Of a stretch of 64,000 bases of DNA, positions 9,982 through 23,325 are shown one piece after another (the first letter of the stretch is position 1; each line of letters starts with the position of its first letter). The notes below the pieces were generated by a model. It was not told the DNA's origin and made no database searches. It saw only the letters and a list, made by a program, of their open reading frames with translations. Made by a program: the position numbers and the translations under genes. The DNA is taken from contig OY970303.1 in assembly GCA_963716255.1 (NCBI GenBank), positions 5,632,001 to 5,696,000 on the forward strand. The letters run 5' to 3'. This DNA is from an uncultured Gemmatimonadales bacterium (GTDB lineage: Bacteria > Gemmatimonadota > Gemmatimonadetes > Longimicrobiales > Longimicrobiaceae).

Positions 9982-10560
9982 TCAGCGCCCGGCCATCGCG
10001 TCCCGCAGCGCCGCGTACGACTGCGCACCCACCAGCACTTCCGCGCCCGGCCCGGAGCCCACCACCGTCACAGGGACCGAGTGGATCCCGCTCCGCGCAG
10101 CCAGCGACTCGTCCGCGAGGACGGCGTCGGTGTGGCGGTCGATGTCCAGCACCACCTTGAGCTCGGTGCGGTCCAGCCCCAGCGCCTCGCCCAGCTCCAC
10201 CAGCACGTCGATGCGCCCGACGTCGCGCCCGTCCGCGAAGTACGCGGCGAAGACGGCGGCGCGCATCTCCGCCTCCACCCCGCGCTCCCGGGCGAAGCGC
10301 GCGGCCTCGTGCGCCTTGCGGGTGCGTGACTGGTAGCCGGGGCGGCGCAGCACGACCCCCACCGCGGCGGCGAGCGGCGCCAGCGCCGCCTCCCACTCCA
10401 TGGCCGCGTCCGGCGGGAGCGGCGCCGGCGCCGGGAACAGCTCGAAGGCGCGGTGGCGCACCTCCGCGCCGGCCTCCGCCGCGGCCCGGCGCAGGGCGGC
10501 CTCCGTGACGTAGCAGAACGGGCAGGTGAAGTCCGAGAAGATCTCTACCTGCACGGCCAT
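9982..10560 (-). CDS. DsbA/FrnE-like oxidoreductase
   Basis: VEIFSDFTCPFCY, GIHSVP, GAQSY motifs. Confidence 0.9.
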   Translation of the reverse strand: MAVQVEIFSDFTCPFCYVTEAALRRAAAEAGAEVRHRAFELFPAPAPLPPDAAMEWEAALAPLAAAVGVVLRRPGYQSRTRKAHEAARFARERGVEAEMRAAVFAAYFADGRDVGRIDVLVELGEALGLDRTELKVVLDIDRHTDAVLADESLAARSGIHSVPVTVVGSGPGAEVLVGAQSYAALRDAMAGR

Positions 10561-10640
10561 GCGCGGCGGCGTTCGGGGACTGCGGCTCCGGACGCGGGGA
10601 ATCTGCCCCGGCGTCCGCCGGGCCGCAAGGCCGCGCCGCT

Positions 10641-14021
<3,381 letters not shown>

Positions 14022-14227
14022 GCTGGGTCTCCGGGAAGACACGCGCGGCGTCGGGGCCGTGCGTGCCGGTTCGTGTCTCGAATTAAGTGCGCAGGGAGGG
14101 CAGCCCCTGCGCGCCACGGGGCGACCCGCGTCTCCGCCGGGCGTCCCTACGTGGGTGCCCTTGACGCTAAACTCGCGGGCCGCTTCCGGGCAAGGTGGCG
14201 TGAACGGATCCGCCACAGTGGAGCGCG

Positions 14228-14246
14228 GTTGAGAATGATTCGCAAC
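14228..14246. promoter_or_regulatory. Fur-like palindromic operator GTTGAGAATGATTCGCAAC
   Basis: Palindrome matching boxes at 14644 and 36449. Confidence 0.65.
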
Positions 14247-14341
14247 CCTATGCCAAAGCCATACTTGCGCGCTGCCCGCGTGGTCCGCATCTTGCTTTCA
14301 GGAGCGGGCAGGTCGGCACGAACCTTCTCAAGGAGGAACGA

Positions 14342-14521
14342 ATGGCGAATCCACAGGAACGGCGGGCGGAGGCGGCTTCGGTGGTGGGTGCCTGCTCCGT
14401 CACGGACTGCAAGTTCAACGAGAACCACGAGTGCCACGCGGGCGAGATCCGCGTCGAGATCGGCGCCCAGGGCGCGGTCTGTGGCACCTACACCCCCGAG
14501 AAGGGCCGCGCCCGGCCGTAA
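14342..14521 (+). CDS. 59-aa Cys-rich protein, DUF1540-like (below the ORF-track cut-off)
   Basis: AAGGAGG RBS; MANPQERRAEAASVVGACSVTDCKFNENHECHAGEIRVEIGAQGAVCGTYTPEKGRARP. Confidence 0.8.
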   Translation: MANPQERRAEAASVVGACSVTDCKFNENHECHAGEIRVEIGAQGAVCGTYTPEKGRARP

Positions 14522-14605
14522 GCGCCGCGTCGGCAGGGGAATAGCACGGCTGAGGCGGCCCCGCCACGCGGCGGGGCCGCCTCGCCGCGTCCGGCGGGAA
14601 AGGGT

Positions 14606-14662
14606 TTGACAGGAGCAGGTCCACGGAGTATCATTCAGCCGCGTTTGAGAATCTTTCTCAAC
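14606..14662 (+). promoter_or_regulatory. Sigma70-type promoter plus a Fur-like box
   Basis: TTGACA(14606)-17 bp-TATCAT(14629); TTTGAGAATCTTTCTCAAC at 14644-14662. Confidence 0.7.
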
Positions 14663-14671
14663 TAAAGGCGA

Positions 14672-15679
14672 ATGGCTCCCATCTCCCACAGCGTGCAGGC
14701 CGCGGCGGTCGCGCTGCTGCAGATCTCCGAAAGCTCCCCCGGCGAGCGCGGCCGCCGCGCCGCGGCGGGGGCGCTCGTGCTGCGCGCGGTGGAGCAGGCG
14801 GTGGAGCGCCGCGAGGGCTTCCGCTTCGTCGCGTCGCGCGCCGGCGGCGAGGTGTCGGGGCTGGATAAGGGGCCGGAGCGCGCGGTGCTGCGGCGCATCC
14901 TGCTGCTGCTGGACGGGGCGGGCGGGGTGGAAACGGCGCGCCTGGCGGGCCCGCTGGTGGGGTACGCCTGCGAGCTGGAGCGCACCCGCCGCCTCCCCGA
15001 GGCGGACGCGGCGCTGTCGCTGGCGCGCTCCGCCGCCCCGGGCGATGCCGAGACGGCGCTGCACGCCGCCCGCGTGGCCCGCAAGCTGGGCGACCGCGCG
15101 CGCGCGCTGGAGCTGTACGCGGCCGTGCGCGGCCTGGACGGCGCGGACGGCTCCATGGCGCGGCTGGCCGCGGTGGGGGAGGCGGTGGTCTCGGACGACG
15201 CGGAGCGCGGGCTGACGCGGGTGGTGCGGGCCGCGCTGCGGGCGGGCGACGCGGAGGCGGCGGCGGTGGGGCTGGAGGAGCGGGCGCGGACCCGGCGCGC
15301 GGCGGGCGACCGCCGCGGCGCGGCGCGCGACCTGTGCCTCGCGGCGGTGCGCTTCGGCGACGGCGTGGACCGCGCCCGCGTGGCGCACGAGCTGGCGGAC
15401 GTGGCGGTGGCCTCCGGCGACCCGCTGGCGGCCCGCGAGGCGCTGCTGGCGGCGCTGGAGTGGGGCGACGCCCCGCAGAAGGAGCACGCGCGCGCGCGGC
15501 TCCACACGCACGCCCGCGACCTGGGCGACCAGGTGGGGGCGCGGCGCTGGCGCTCGGCCCGGCCGCCCTCGCTCACCTCCATGTCGCTGTACCGTCCCAG
15601 GCCCGTGTCCCGCTCGGAGGCGCCGCGGCTTGCCCGCTGGCGCGAGGCGCTGGGCGCGCGGCACCCCGCCGGGGAGTGA
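14672..15679 (+). CDS. Ala/Arg-rich helical-repeat (TPR-like) hypothetical protein
   Basis: Amphipathic helical repeats; downstream of a clear promoter. Confidence 0.7.
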   Translation: MAPISHSVQAAAVALLQISESSPGERGRRAAAGALVLRAVEQAVERREGFRFVASRAGGEVSGLDKGPERAVLRRILLLLDGAGGVETARLAGPLVGYACELERTRRLPEADAALSLARSAAPGDAETALHAARVARKLGDRARALELYAAVRGLDGADGSMARLAAVGEAVVSDDAERGLTRVVRAALRAGDAEAAAVGLEERARTRRAAGDRRGAARDLCLAAVRFGDGVDRARVAHELADVAVASGDPLAAREALLAALEWGDAPQKEHARARLHTHARDLGDQVGARRWRSARPPSLTSMSLYRPRPVSRSEAPRLARWREALGARHPAGE

Positions 15680-15794
15680 AACCCCGGGCAGAAAGAGGCG
15701 GTTCTCATCAGGGAGGGTGACGCGGGGCGTCGCCCTCCTTATCTTTGTCGGGTACCCTCTACACACGCCGCCACCTCCCCGCGCGGAGATCCCC

Positions 15795-16436
15795 ATGCGC
15801 AGCAAGTCCCTTCTCGCCGTCCTCGCCGCCACGGCGCTCCTCGCCGGGTGCGAGCAGAACGCGACCGCCCCCTCCGCGAGCGGGCTGGAATCCGCCGACG
15901 CGGAGCTGCTGGCCGAGGAGCTCGACGCCCTGACCGGCGCGGCGCTCAGCGCCGGGATCGGCTCGGCCGTCCTGTTCTCGGAGATGCCCGCCAACGCCGC
16001 CCCCATCCCCGTGGACCGCTCGTTCACGAACACCCGGCGCTGCCCCGCGGGCGGCTCGGTCGCCGTGGCGGGGACCACCAGGGGGGAGCTGGACCGGGCC
16101 ACGCGCTCGCTCACGCTGGAAACCCTCGCGACGCGGACGGAGAGCGCCTGCGCCATCCCGACGCGCCGGCAGGGCGGCGGCACGCTCACCGTCACCGGCA
16201 ACCCCAACGTCGCGATCAAGGCCAACCAGAAGGTGGTGGGCGGGCAGCCGTCCGGTCCGCAGACCATCGCCCAGAAGGGCGCCTTCACCTGGTCGGCGAG
16301 CGACGGACGCTCCGGCTCCTGCACGGTGGACCTGGTTTCCAGCGTGGACTTCACGGCGCTGACCTACACCGTGAAGGGGACCCTGTGCGGGCGGACGGTG
16401 GACATCGCCAAGCAGGGGACGCAGCCCGGGCGCTGA
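15795..16436 (+). CDS. Lipoprotein of unknown function
   Basis: MRSKSLLAVLAATALLAGC lipobox; four further Cys; beta-rich. Confidence 0.8.
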   Translation: MRSKSLLAVLAATALLAGCEQNATAPSASGLESADAELLAEELDALTGAALSAGIGSAVLFSEMPANAAPIPVDRSFTNTRRCPAGGSVAVAGTTRGELDRATRSLTLETLATRTESACAIPTRRQGGGTLTVTGNPNVAIKANQKVVGGQPSGPQTIAQKGAFTWSASDGRSGSCTVDLVSSVDFTALTYTVKGTLCGRTVDIAKQGTQPGR

Positions 16437-16557
16437 GGCGGCACGGAAGTACGCAGTACGAGGTACGTGACGGAGGGCCGCGGACGGGCTCCTTTCCCGG
16501 GATGGGGAAGGGGCCTTCCGCGTGGTGGGCGGACTGCAAACCGTGGGAGGAGGAAGG

Positions 16558-16929
16558 ATGCCGCAGCAGGAAGACTACCTGATCCGCCTCATCCGCCAGG
16601 CATTCGACGTGCTGCGGCGCCTGCGCGCGAAGCTGACGGGCGATCCGCTCGCGGCGGACGAGGTGGTGCGCGGCGCCCGGGAGGCGCAGGCGGAGCTGCT
16701 GGGGCCGCTCTTCGGGGCGATGGCGATGGTGGACCCGGACACCGCCGTGGGGCTGTTGCGCGAGCGCGAGCGGCTGGAGGCGTGGGTGGAGCTGATGCGC
16801 CTGGAGGCCGACGCGCTGCGGGCGATGGGCGACGCCGCCGGGGCGGAGGCGGTCTCACGCCGGGCGGACGCGGTGCAGGAGGCGTACGAGCGGCTGCTGG
16901 AGCCGGTGCAGCGGTACTGGAGCCGCTGA
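16558..16929 (+). CDS. Hypothetical helical protein
   Basis: GGAGG RBS; MPQQEDYLIRLIRQ... Confidence 0.75.
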   Translation: MPQQEDYLIRLIRQAFDVLRRLRAKLTGDPLAADEVVRGAREAQAELLGPLFGAMAMVDPDTAVGLLRERERLEAWVELMRLEADALRAMGDAAGAEAVSRRADAVQEAYERLLEPVQRYWSR

Positions 16930-17023
16930 CGGGGACCGGGCAGGAACGCGAAGCGGGGCGCCGGATCCATCCGGCGCCCCGCGTGCCGTTCGCAGTTCCC
17001 GCAGTATCCCCCGAAATCTGTTC

Positions 17024-17146
17024 GGAGGGAGACTCGCCGGCAGTTTGGCGAGGCTCCCTCCGGCGCAGGGAGACAGGCCGGCTGTTTGGCCTGGCTCCCG
17101 GAGCCCGCGCAGGAGACGGACGGCAGTATCGTTCGGCTCCGGAGCG
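17024..17146. repeat. Structured repeat family B, copy 1
   Basis: GGAGGGAGACTCG...three hairpins...CTCCGGAGCGG; matches 33771, 46471 and 59823. Confidence 0.85.
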
Positions 17147-17170
17147 GTCCGCCGCGACACCCCCCGAAGC

Positions 17171-18241
17171 TCAGTCGTGCCGCCGCTCCCGCTCGCTCTT
17201 CCCCGGCCGGAGCGTGGCGTCGCGGTTCAGCCCCATCTCCTGCTGCGCGGCCGGCGACGACCCCTCGCGCGGCATCCCCAGGCGCATGCGCGTGTCCCGC
17301 CACTTGAGCCGCAGGTCCGCATAGCCGTGTCGCGGCGGCTCGTGGCCGAAGGCGCGGAACCGTCCCGGCGGCACCTTCCCCTTGGCGGCGACGAACGCGG
17401 CGAACCGGTCCGTCCACGCGTCGAAGGCGCGCATGAACTCCGCGTCGCGCACCATGTCCTCGGCCTGGTCGTCGGAGTACGGCGCCCCCTTTCCGGTGGT
17501 GCAGTAGCTCCAGAGCGCGTCCGGCACCTCGATGCCGCTGTACCGGCACTGCCACACCAGCGGCGCGTAGGCGCTGCGCTCGCCCTCGGCGAAGGGCTCG
17601 TCGTCCACGGGAAAGTACGCCCTGTGGCGCAGCTTGCGGGGGCGGCCGTCGACGTCCATCTCGTCCGCGCCCTCGTCGCCGTAGCCCCAGAACGCCGCGG
17701 TGCGCCCCTCCAGGTGGTTCACGGACAGCTCCTCCCACTCCGGCGACTTTTCCAGCGCCATGGCCCGCTCCGGGTCCTTGTGGGCGATGAGCTCTTCGCG
17801 CGGGTTGCCGCCGCTCATACACACCAGCCGGTCGAACATCAGCTTGAGGTTGCTGGACGGGCCGTACCAGTTGATGGGCCCGATGACCGCCCAGGCGTCC
17901 GCCAGGTCCAGGCGCGAGTACAGGTCCAGCTCCCACATCAGGTCCGGCTCGGCGCGGTCGCCCTTCTCGTAGCAGTTGCACGGCCACACGCACAGCGCCA
18001 TGGAGGTGGAGACGCAGGCGTTGCAGCTCTGGATGCGGGCGCGGCCATAGACATTGCCCAGGTCCTCCACGTCGATCTCCCATTCCGGCGGCAGGCGGTC
18101 GGCCATGCGGAGCATGAGGGTTCGCGACTTGGAGTCCACGCCCGGGCAGTTGTACTGGCGTCGCTGGGAGCCGGAGACCAGCAGCACGCGGAAGGGGCGC
18201 TTTTCGATGAGAAGGTGGCCGTTTTCGTCGTTGGGCTGCAT
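17171..18241 (-). CDS. Flavodoxin-like / NADPH-dependent FMN reductase family protein with a Cys cluster
   Basis: VLLVSGSQR, CNACVSTSMALCVWPCNC, PINWY...LKLMFDRLVC. Confidence 0.85.
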   Translation of the reverse strand: MQPNDENGHLLIEKRPFRVLLVSGSQRRQYNCPGVDSKSRTLMLRMADRLPPEWEIDVEDLGNVYGRARIQSCNACVSTSMALCVWPCNCYEKGDRAEPDLMWELDLYSRLDLADAWAVIGPINWYGPSSNLKLMFDRLVCMSGGNPREELIAHKDPERAMALEKSPEWEELSVNHLEGRTAAFWGYGDEGADEMDVDGRPRKLRHRAYFPVDDEPFAEGERSAYAPLVWQCRYSGIEVPDALWSYCTTGKGAPYSDDQAEDMVRDAEFMRAFDAWTDRFAAFVAAKGKVPPGRFRAFGHEPPRHGYADLRLKWRDTRMRLGMPREGSSPAAQQEMGLNRDATLRPGKSERERRHD

Positions 18242-18280
18242 GGGTATTCGTCCGGGCGTGGTGGTCGAACTGCTTTCGAC

Positions 18281-18437
18281 GGCGGGTTCGGGCGTGCCCC
18301 CGGCTGGCGCCGGTGTCGGGCTTCGGCTCCGTAGCAGACGAAACGACCGTCTGCAACGGAGTCGAGCCCCAGCGGCAGCACCTCTGAACTGAGGTGCCCC
18401 GCCGGGTCTCGCCCCTTCGGGCCGAAATCCCTCACGC
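18281..18437. repeat. Repeat family A, copy 4 (one arm replaced by a longer hairpin)
   Basis: Reverse-complement match; contains GCACCTC-TGAACT-GAGGTGC. Confidence 0.93.
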
Positions 18438-18462
18438 AGGGGATACGGAGCTTCGCCAGCGA

Positions 18463-19080
18463 TCAGATCTCCACGCCCAGCGCCTCCAGCCCCAGTCGCA
18501 GCGCCTCCGGCCCCTCCTCGCCGCGAAAGTGCAGGACCCGCATCCCCAGGGCGCGGGCGGGCTCCAGGTTCTGGGCCCGGTCGTCCACGAACACCGTCTC
18601 GCCGGGGGCGCGCTGGGAGATCTCCAGCGCCGCGCGGAAGATGCGCGCGTCCGGCTTCATCCATCCCAGGAACGACGAGCTGAAGAACGAGGTGAAGCGG
18701 CGCCGCAGGCCGAACCGGGCGATGCGGTACTCGTTGAGCTCGCGCGACTCGTTGTTGAGCGTGGCGAGCAGGTAGCGCCCGCCCGCCGCCAGCGCGTCCA
18801 CCACCTCCAGGTTGCCGGGGAACGCGCCCGACTGGGCCAGCATGAACTCGCGGAACTGCACGGCGCGGAAGTCGCGCGGGACGTGGAAGACCGTGGCGCG
18901 CAGGTAGTCGTCCAGCGTGCAGCGGCCCGTCTCCAGCGCGGCGGCCGTCTCGCGGTGGCGGTCCTCGAACTCGTCGGCGTCCAGCGCGAAGCGCTCCACG
19001 GCGGCGGCGCGCTGCTCGCGGTCCCAGCCGTTGCTGAGGAGCACCCCGCCCAGGTCCCAGAAGATCGCGGTGGTCTGCAT
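18463..19080 (-). CDS. HAD family phosphatase
   Basis: FWDLGGVL, MKPDARIF, VFVDDRAQN. Confidence 0.92.
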   Translation of the reverse strand: MQTTAIFWDLGGVLLSNGWDREQRAAAVERFALDADEFEDRHRETAAALETGRCTLDDYLRATVFHVPRDFRAVQFREFMLAQSGAFPGNLEVVDALAAGGRYLLATLNNESRELNEYRIARFGLRRRFTSFFSSSFLGWMKPDARIFRAALEISQRAPGETVFVDDRAQNLEPARALGMRVLHFRGEEGPEALRLGLEALGVEI

Positions 19081-19204
19081 GCGGCTCGCGCGGAGGTACG
19101 CGGTGTGCGGCGGCGGCACGTGGCGGCGGGCGTCGGGGGAGCATATCTTGTTCCGCGGCGAACCTTTCAGCGATCCCCGGCGCGGCGGCCGGGAAGAGAC
19201 GAGC

Positions 19205-20224
19205 ATGACGAACACACGACACAAGAAGCTGATGGCGGTCCCCCGGGGCAACGCGGCGCCCGAGCCGGCGCACGACGGGGAGCGCAACCCCGGCACCCCG
19301 CTGGACCTGGACTGGGTGGCGGACGTGCGGGTGAACCGCAGCGCCGTGGAGCGGCGGGCGTCCACCATCGGCACGCGGCGCACGGTGAAGAAGGAGTGGC
19401 AGGCGGCGTGGCTCCTGCGCGCGGTCACGCTCATGGACCTCACCACGCTTGCCGGCGACGACACGCCGGGCCGGGTGCGCCGCCTCTGCGCAAAGGCGCG
19501 GCAGCCGGTGCGGCAGGAGCTGCTGGAAGCGCTGGGCGTGGCCCACCTGCCCATTCACACCGGGGCCGTGTGCGTCTACCACACCCTGGTGGAGACGGCG
19601 GTGGAGGCGCTGCGCGGCACCGGCATCCCGGTGGCGGCGGTGTCCACCGGCTTCCCCGCGGGGCTCTCGCCCTTCCAGCAGCGGGTGGAGGAGATCCACG
19701 CCTCGGTGGACGCCGGCGCGGCGGAGATCGACATCGTCATCACCCGCGCCCACGTGCTCACCGGCAGCTGGGAGGCGCTGTACGACGAGGTGCGCGCCTT
19801 CCGCGAGGCGTGCGGGCCGGCCCACCTCAAGACCATCCTCGCCACCGGCGAGCTGGCGACGCTGCGCAACGTGGCGAAGGCGTCGCTGGTGTGCATGATG
19901 GCGGGCGCGGACTTCATCAAGACGTCCACCGGCAAGGAAACGGAGAACGCCACCCTGCCCGTGGGGCTCGTCATGGCGCGCTGCATCCGGGACTACGAGG
20001 AGCGCACCGGGCACCGGGTGGGGTTCAAGCCGGCGGGGGGGATCCGCACGGCCAAGCAGTCGCTGGAGTGGATGATGATGATGAAGGAGGAGCTGGGCAC
20101 GGAGTACCTGCGGCCGGAGCTGTTCCGGTTCGGGGCGTCGTCGCTGCTCACCGACATCGAGCGGCAGCTGGAGCACCACGTGACGGGTCGCTACTCGGCG
20201 GAGTTCCGGCACCCGATGGGGTAA
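19205..20224 (+). CDS. deoC: Deoxyribose-phosphate aldolase
   Basis: MDLTTLAGDDT, EIDIVI, HLKTILATGEL, GADFIKTSTGK, GFKPAGGI, RFGASSLL. Confidence 0.95.
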   Translation: MTNTRHKKLMAVPRGNAAPEPAHDGERNPGTPLDLDWVADVRVNRSAVERRASTIGTRRTVKKEWQAAWLLRAVTLMDLTTLAGDDTPGRVRRLCAKARQPVRQELLEALGVAHLPIHTGAVCVYHTLVETAVEALRGTGIPVAAVSTGFPAGLSPFQQRVEEIHASVDAGAAEIDIVITRAHVLTGSWEALYDEVRAFREACGPAHLKTILATGELATLRNVAKASLVCMMAGADFIKTSTGKETENATLPVGLVMARCIRDYEERTGHRVGFKPAGGIRTAKQSLEWMMMMKEELGTEYLRPELFRFGASSLLTDIERQLEHHVTGRYSAEFRHPMG

Positions 20225-20236
20225 CCGTTTTTCAAC

Positions 20237-20375
20237 GGCGGGTTCGGGCGTGTCCCCGGCTGGCGCCGGGGTCGGGCTTCGGCTCCGTAAGCGAGCAAAC
20301 AACGCTCGCTAACGGAGTCGAGCCCCGGCAAACTGCCGCCGGGTCTCGCCCCTTCGGGCCGAAATCCCTCACGCG
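20237..20375. repeat. Repeat family A, copy 5
   Basis: Reverse-complement match. Confidence 0.95.
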
Positions 20376-20531
20376 GGCTGCGGCGCGCGATCCTGGATTC
20401 ACGAGAGGCCGCGGACGTCGTCCGCGGCCTCTCGTGCTTCGTGCCACCCGGGGGCTCGCGCCGATTGCTCCCTGCCGTGCGGCGCTTTAGCTTGGACGCT
20501 CCCCCGCCGGCCCTTCCTGCCGCATCTCGCC

Positions 20532-21344
20532 ATGCACGAGCTCTCTCCGGTATTCGCTCCCGCTGCCGCCGCCGCCGCGGCTCCGCCCGCCCGCCCGGAG
20601 GTGTGCGCCACCTGCGGGGCGCTCCACCACGGCGATTTCTGCAGCGCGTGCGGGCAGCGGGCCGTGCGGGGGCGGTTCACGGTGCGGGGGATCGTCGCGC
20701 ATCTGGTGACCGATGCTTTCGACCTGAACCGGGGGCTGCTCTTCACCGCGGCGGCGCTGTTCCGGCAGCCGGGCGAGGCCGTGCGGGAGTACGTGTCCGG
20801 CGCGACGGTGCGCTACACCAACCCGGTCAAGTACCTGGTGGTGTGCGTGGCGCTGGTGGTCTTCGTGACCATCCAGCTGGGGGCCACGGGCGAGGTGGCC
20901 GGCGGGTTCGCGGAGGGGCTCGGGACGGAGTCGGCGGTGAAGGCGCAGAGGGTGACTGAACTGCTCAACCGGTACATGAACGTGCTGATGGCGCTGGCGG
21001 TGCCGTTCATGGCGGGGGCTTCCCGGCTCCTGTTCCGGCGCGCGGGGCTCAACTACGCGGAGCACCTGATCTTCAACCTGTACGTGTACGCGCAGCAGAG
21101 CCTGCTCTTCCTGCCCTTCGTCCCGCTGTGGGGGCTGCGGCTCCCCGCCTTCAAGGCGCTTTTCCTGCTCGCGTACTGCCTGGCGATGCTGGTGTACTAC
21201 GCGTGGGCGGCGACCTCGTTCTTCGGGGAGCGCCCGGTGCCCGGGGTGCTCCGGGCGCTGGCCACCCAGGCGATGGGTGGGATCGCGTACGCGGTGGTGA
21301 CCGCGCTCGGCGTCGCGGCGCTCGTGGCGGCGGGCGGAGGCTGA
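20532..21344 (+). CDS. DUF3667-like membrane protein with a Zn-ribbon
   Basis: CATCG...FCSACGQ, PG...EY..G...YTNPVKY, NYAEHLIF. Confidence 0.85.
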   Translation: MHELSPVFAPAAAAAAAPPARPEVCATCGALHHGDFCSACGQRAVRGRFTVRGIVAHLVTDAFDLNRGLLFTAAALFRQPGEAVREYVSGATVRYTNPVKYLVVCVALVVFVTIQLGATGEVAGGFAEGLGTESAVKAQRVTELLNRYMNVLMALAVPFMAGASRLLFRRAGLNYAEHLIFNLYVYAQQSLLFLPFVPLWGLRLPAFKALFLLAYCLAMLVYYAWAATSFFGERPVPGVLRALATQAMGGIAYAVVTALGVAALVAAGGG

Positions 21345-21461
21345 CGCCACGCCTGCCGGGCGGTTCCCTGGCTTCCGCGAGAAACATTTGACTTCGCCGC
21401 TTTGCCCGCGCATGTTGCAGCGCGCCGACCCTTTCGTCTCTCCCCGCAGCACCGCCCCGCC

Positions 21462-22304
21462 ATGAGCGACCTGTCCTTCCCGCTGTCCGCGGCCTCCGTG
21501 TCCGCCGCCCCTCCTCTGACCGTCTCTCCCGCGTCCGTGCCGGCGCGGACGGCGTGCGCCAGCTGCGGCCGGGCGCTGCTGGGCGATTTCTGCCACGGCT
21601 GCGGGCAGCGTGTGCAGGCGGGGCGGCTCACGCTGCGGACCGTCGCGGCGCACCTGGTGACGGATGCGTTCGACCTGAACCGGGGGCTGCTCTTCACGGC
21701 GGCGGCGCTGTTCCGGCGGCCGGGCGAGGCGGTGCGCGAGTACCTGGGCGGCGCGACGGTGCGCTACACCAACCCGGTGAAGTACCTGCTGGTGCTGGCG
21801 GCGCTGCTGGTGCTGGTGATGGTGCGGCTCGACGTCTTCGAGGCGCAGATGCAGGCGATCTCCGGGGTCCCCGTGCAGGAGTCGGCGCAGGCGCAGCGGA
21901 TGCAGGCGGAGCTGAGCGCGTGGGTCAGCCGGCACATGAACCTGCTGATGATCGGCGGGGTGCCGGTGATCGCCTGGCTGTCGCGGCGGTTCTTCCGGTC
22001 CGCGGGGTTCACCTACGCGGAGCACCTGGTGTTCAACGTGTTCGCGTACGCCCAGATGTGCCTGCTCTCCCTGCTCGCGCTGCCGCTGACGCACGCGGCC
22101 GGGCTGGGGGGTGGGGGGATGATGGCGGCGTCGCTCGTCAACGTCGGCTACTACGTGTGGGCGCTGGCCTCGTTCACCCGCGCGCGCCCGCTGCGGGGCG
22201 TCCTGGGCGGGGTCGCCGTGCAGGCGCTTGGGGTGATGGCGGTGGCGCTGCTGGGCGGCGTCGCCGGGGCCGTCTACGCGGTGGTGGTGCTGTCGGCGAG
22301 GTGA
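21462..22304 (+). CDS. DUF3667-like membrane protein, tandem paralog
   Basis: Same motifs; near-identical HLVTDAFDLNRGLLFTAAALFR block. Confidence 0.85.
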   Translation: MSDLSFPLSAASVSAAPPLTVSPASVPARTACASCGRALLGDFCHGCGQRVQAGRLTLRTVAAHLVTDAFDLNRGLLFTAAALFRRPGEAVREYLGGATVRYTNPVKYLLVLAALLVLVMVRLDVFEAQMQAISGVPVQESAQAQRMQAELSAWVSRHMNLLMIGGVPVIAWLSRRFFRSAGFTYAEHLVFNVFAYAQMCLLSLLALPLTHAAGLGGGGMMAASLVNVGYYVWALASFTRARPLRGVLGGVAVQALGVMAVALLGGVAGAVYAVVVLSAR

Positions 22305-22433
22305 CGGCGGTGCCGCGACGCCGGGAGGCGTCACGGAAGACGGGCCATGCGGCACGTGAACGCGCCCCCGCCGGGATCTCCCGGCGGGGGCGTCGTCGTG
22401 GGCGCGCTGCCGGCGGCGTCCGCCGCCCTCCTC

Positions 22434-22790
22434 CTACCAGCCTCCTCCGCAGGTCTCCCGGTGCTCCGGCCGGGTCTTCTCGCCGTACGCCGCCCGCACT
22501 TTCCGGCCGGAGGCGAACACCATCCCCACGCACAGCACCAGCAGCAGCGCCGCCGACCGGCTTCGCCTTCGGCCGCGGAGGAGCACGGCGTGGTAGACGG
22601 CTCCGGCGGCATAGACCACCAGGGATGGGACGGCGAAGAGCATGACGCCCAGCGGGCCGTCGCAGTCGACGGCGCCGCGGATCCCCTGGTCCGCGTATTC
22701 GTTCGCGGACAGGATCCAGCCGAACAACGCGACGGGCAGAACGAGGACGACGAGCAGAGACACGGCCCGTCCAGCCGGTCTTCTCATCAT
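22434..22790 (-). CDS. Small membrane protein (about 3 TM)
   Basis: Three hydrophobic segments; VDCDGP; start uncertain. Confidence 0.65.
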   Translation of the reverse strand: MMRRPAGRAVSLLVVLVLPVALFGWILSANEYADQGIRGAVDCDGPLGVMLFAVPSLVVYAAGAVYHAVLLRGRRRSRSAALLLVLCVGMVFASGRKVRAAYGEKTRPEHRETCGGGW

Positions 22791-22869
22791 GGACCAGTGT
22801 CGTTGCATCGAAGTGAAAGTCTCCCCGGCACGATCATCCCTGTCTCTGAAGAGGGTCTGTCCCGCGCGA

Positions 22870-23030
22870 TCAGTCCTGGAACTTCCGCCGTTCCACCATC
22901 CGGCGGGCGCCCTTGCGGCCACCGGGGAGCCAGGCGGGGCGCTCGGGGGCGTCCGCGACGGCGTGGGCGAGCAGGAACGCCAGACGCGCGACGCGGGCCG
23001 TCTTGTCGGCGTCGAAGGCGTCCGGCTCGG
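22870..23030 (-). pseudogene. Remnant of an M28 peptidase C-terminus
   Basis: DADKTARVARLAFLLAHAVADAPERPAW vs DADKTARIARLVFLLTHAVADSPQRPSW in the neighbouring gene. Confidence 0.7.
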
Positions 23031-23170
23031 CGGAGGGGGGCTGGGAGCCCCGGCGCGGACGGCGTGCGTGGGGAGGCGCACCGCGTTTGCCGACCGGGCC
23101 ACCTGCGCGGCCACGTCGCGGTCCCCGGCGGCATCGAGCCGCGCGAAGCGCGGGCGCGGCAAGGGACCTT

Positions 23171-23309
23171 CGCGTGAGGGATTACGGCCCGAAGGGGCGA
23201 GACCCGGGCGGCTGTTTGCCCAGGGCTCGACTCCGTTACGCACGGTTGTATCGTGCGTTACGGAGCCGAAGCCCGACCCCGGCGCCAGCCGGGGGCACGC
23301 CCAAACCCG
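23171..23309. repeat. Repeat family A, copy 6
   Basis: Direct match to copy 1 with a different paired stem. Confidence 0.95.
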
Positions 23310-23325
23310 TCGTGCAGAAGCAGTT

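Noticed and set aside
14672..15679. Fourth member of the peptide-linked TPR family
   Set aside because: Lacks the TPPxxRAxxF block and has no convergent peptide gene; treated as a separate helical-repeat protein
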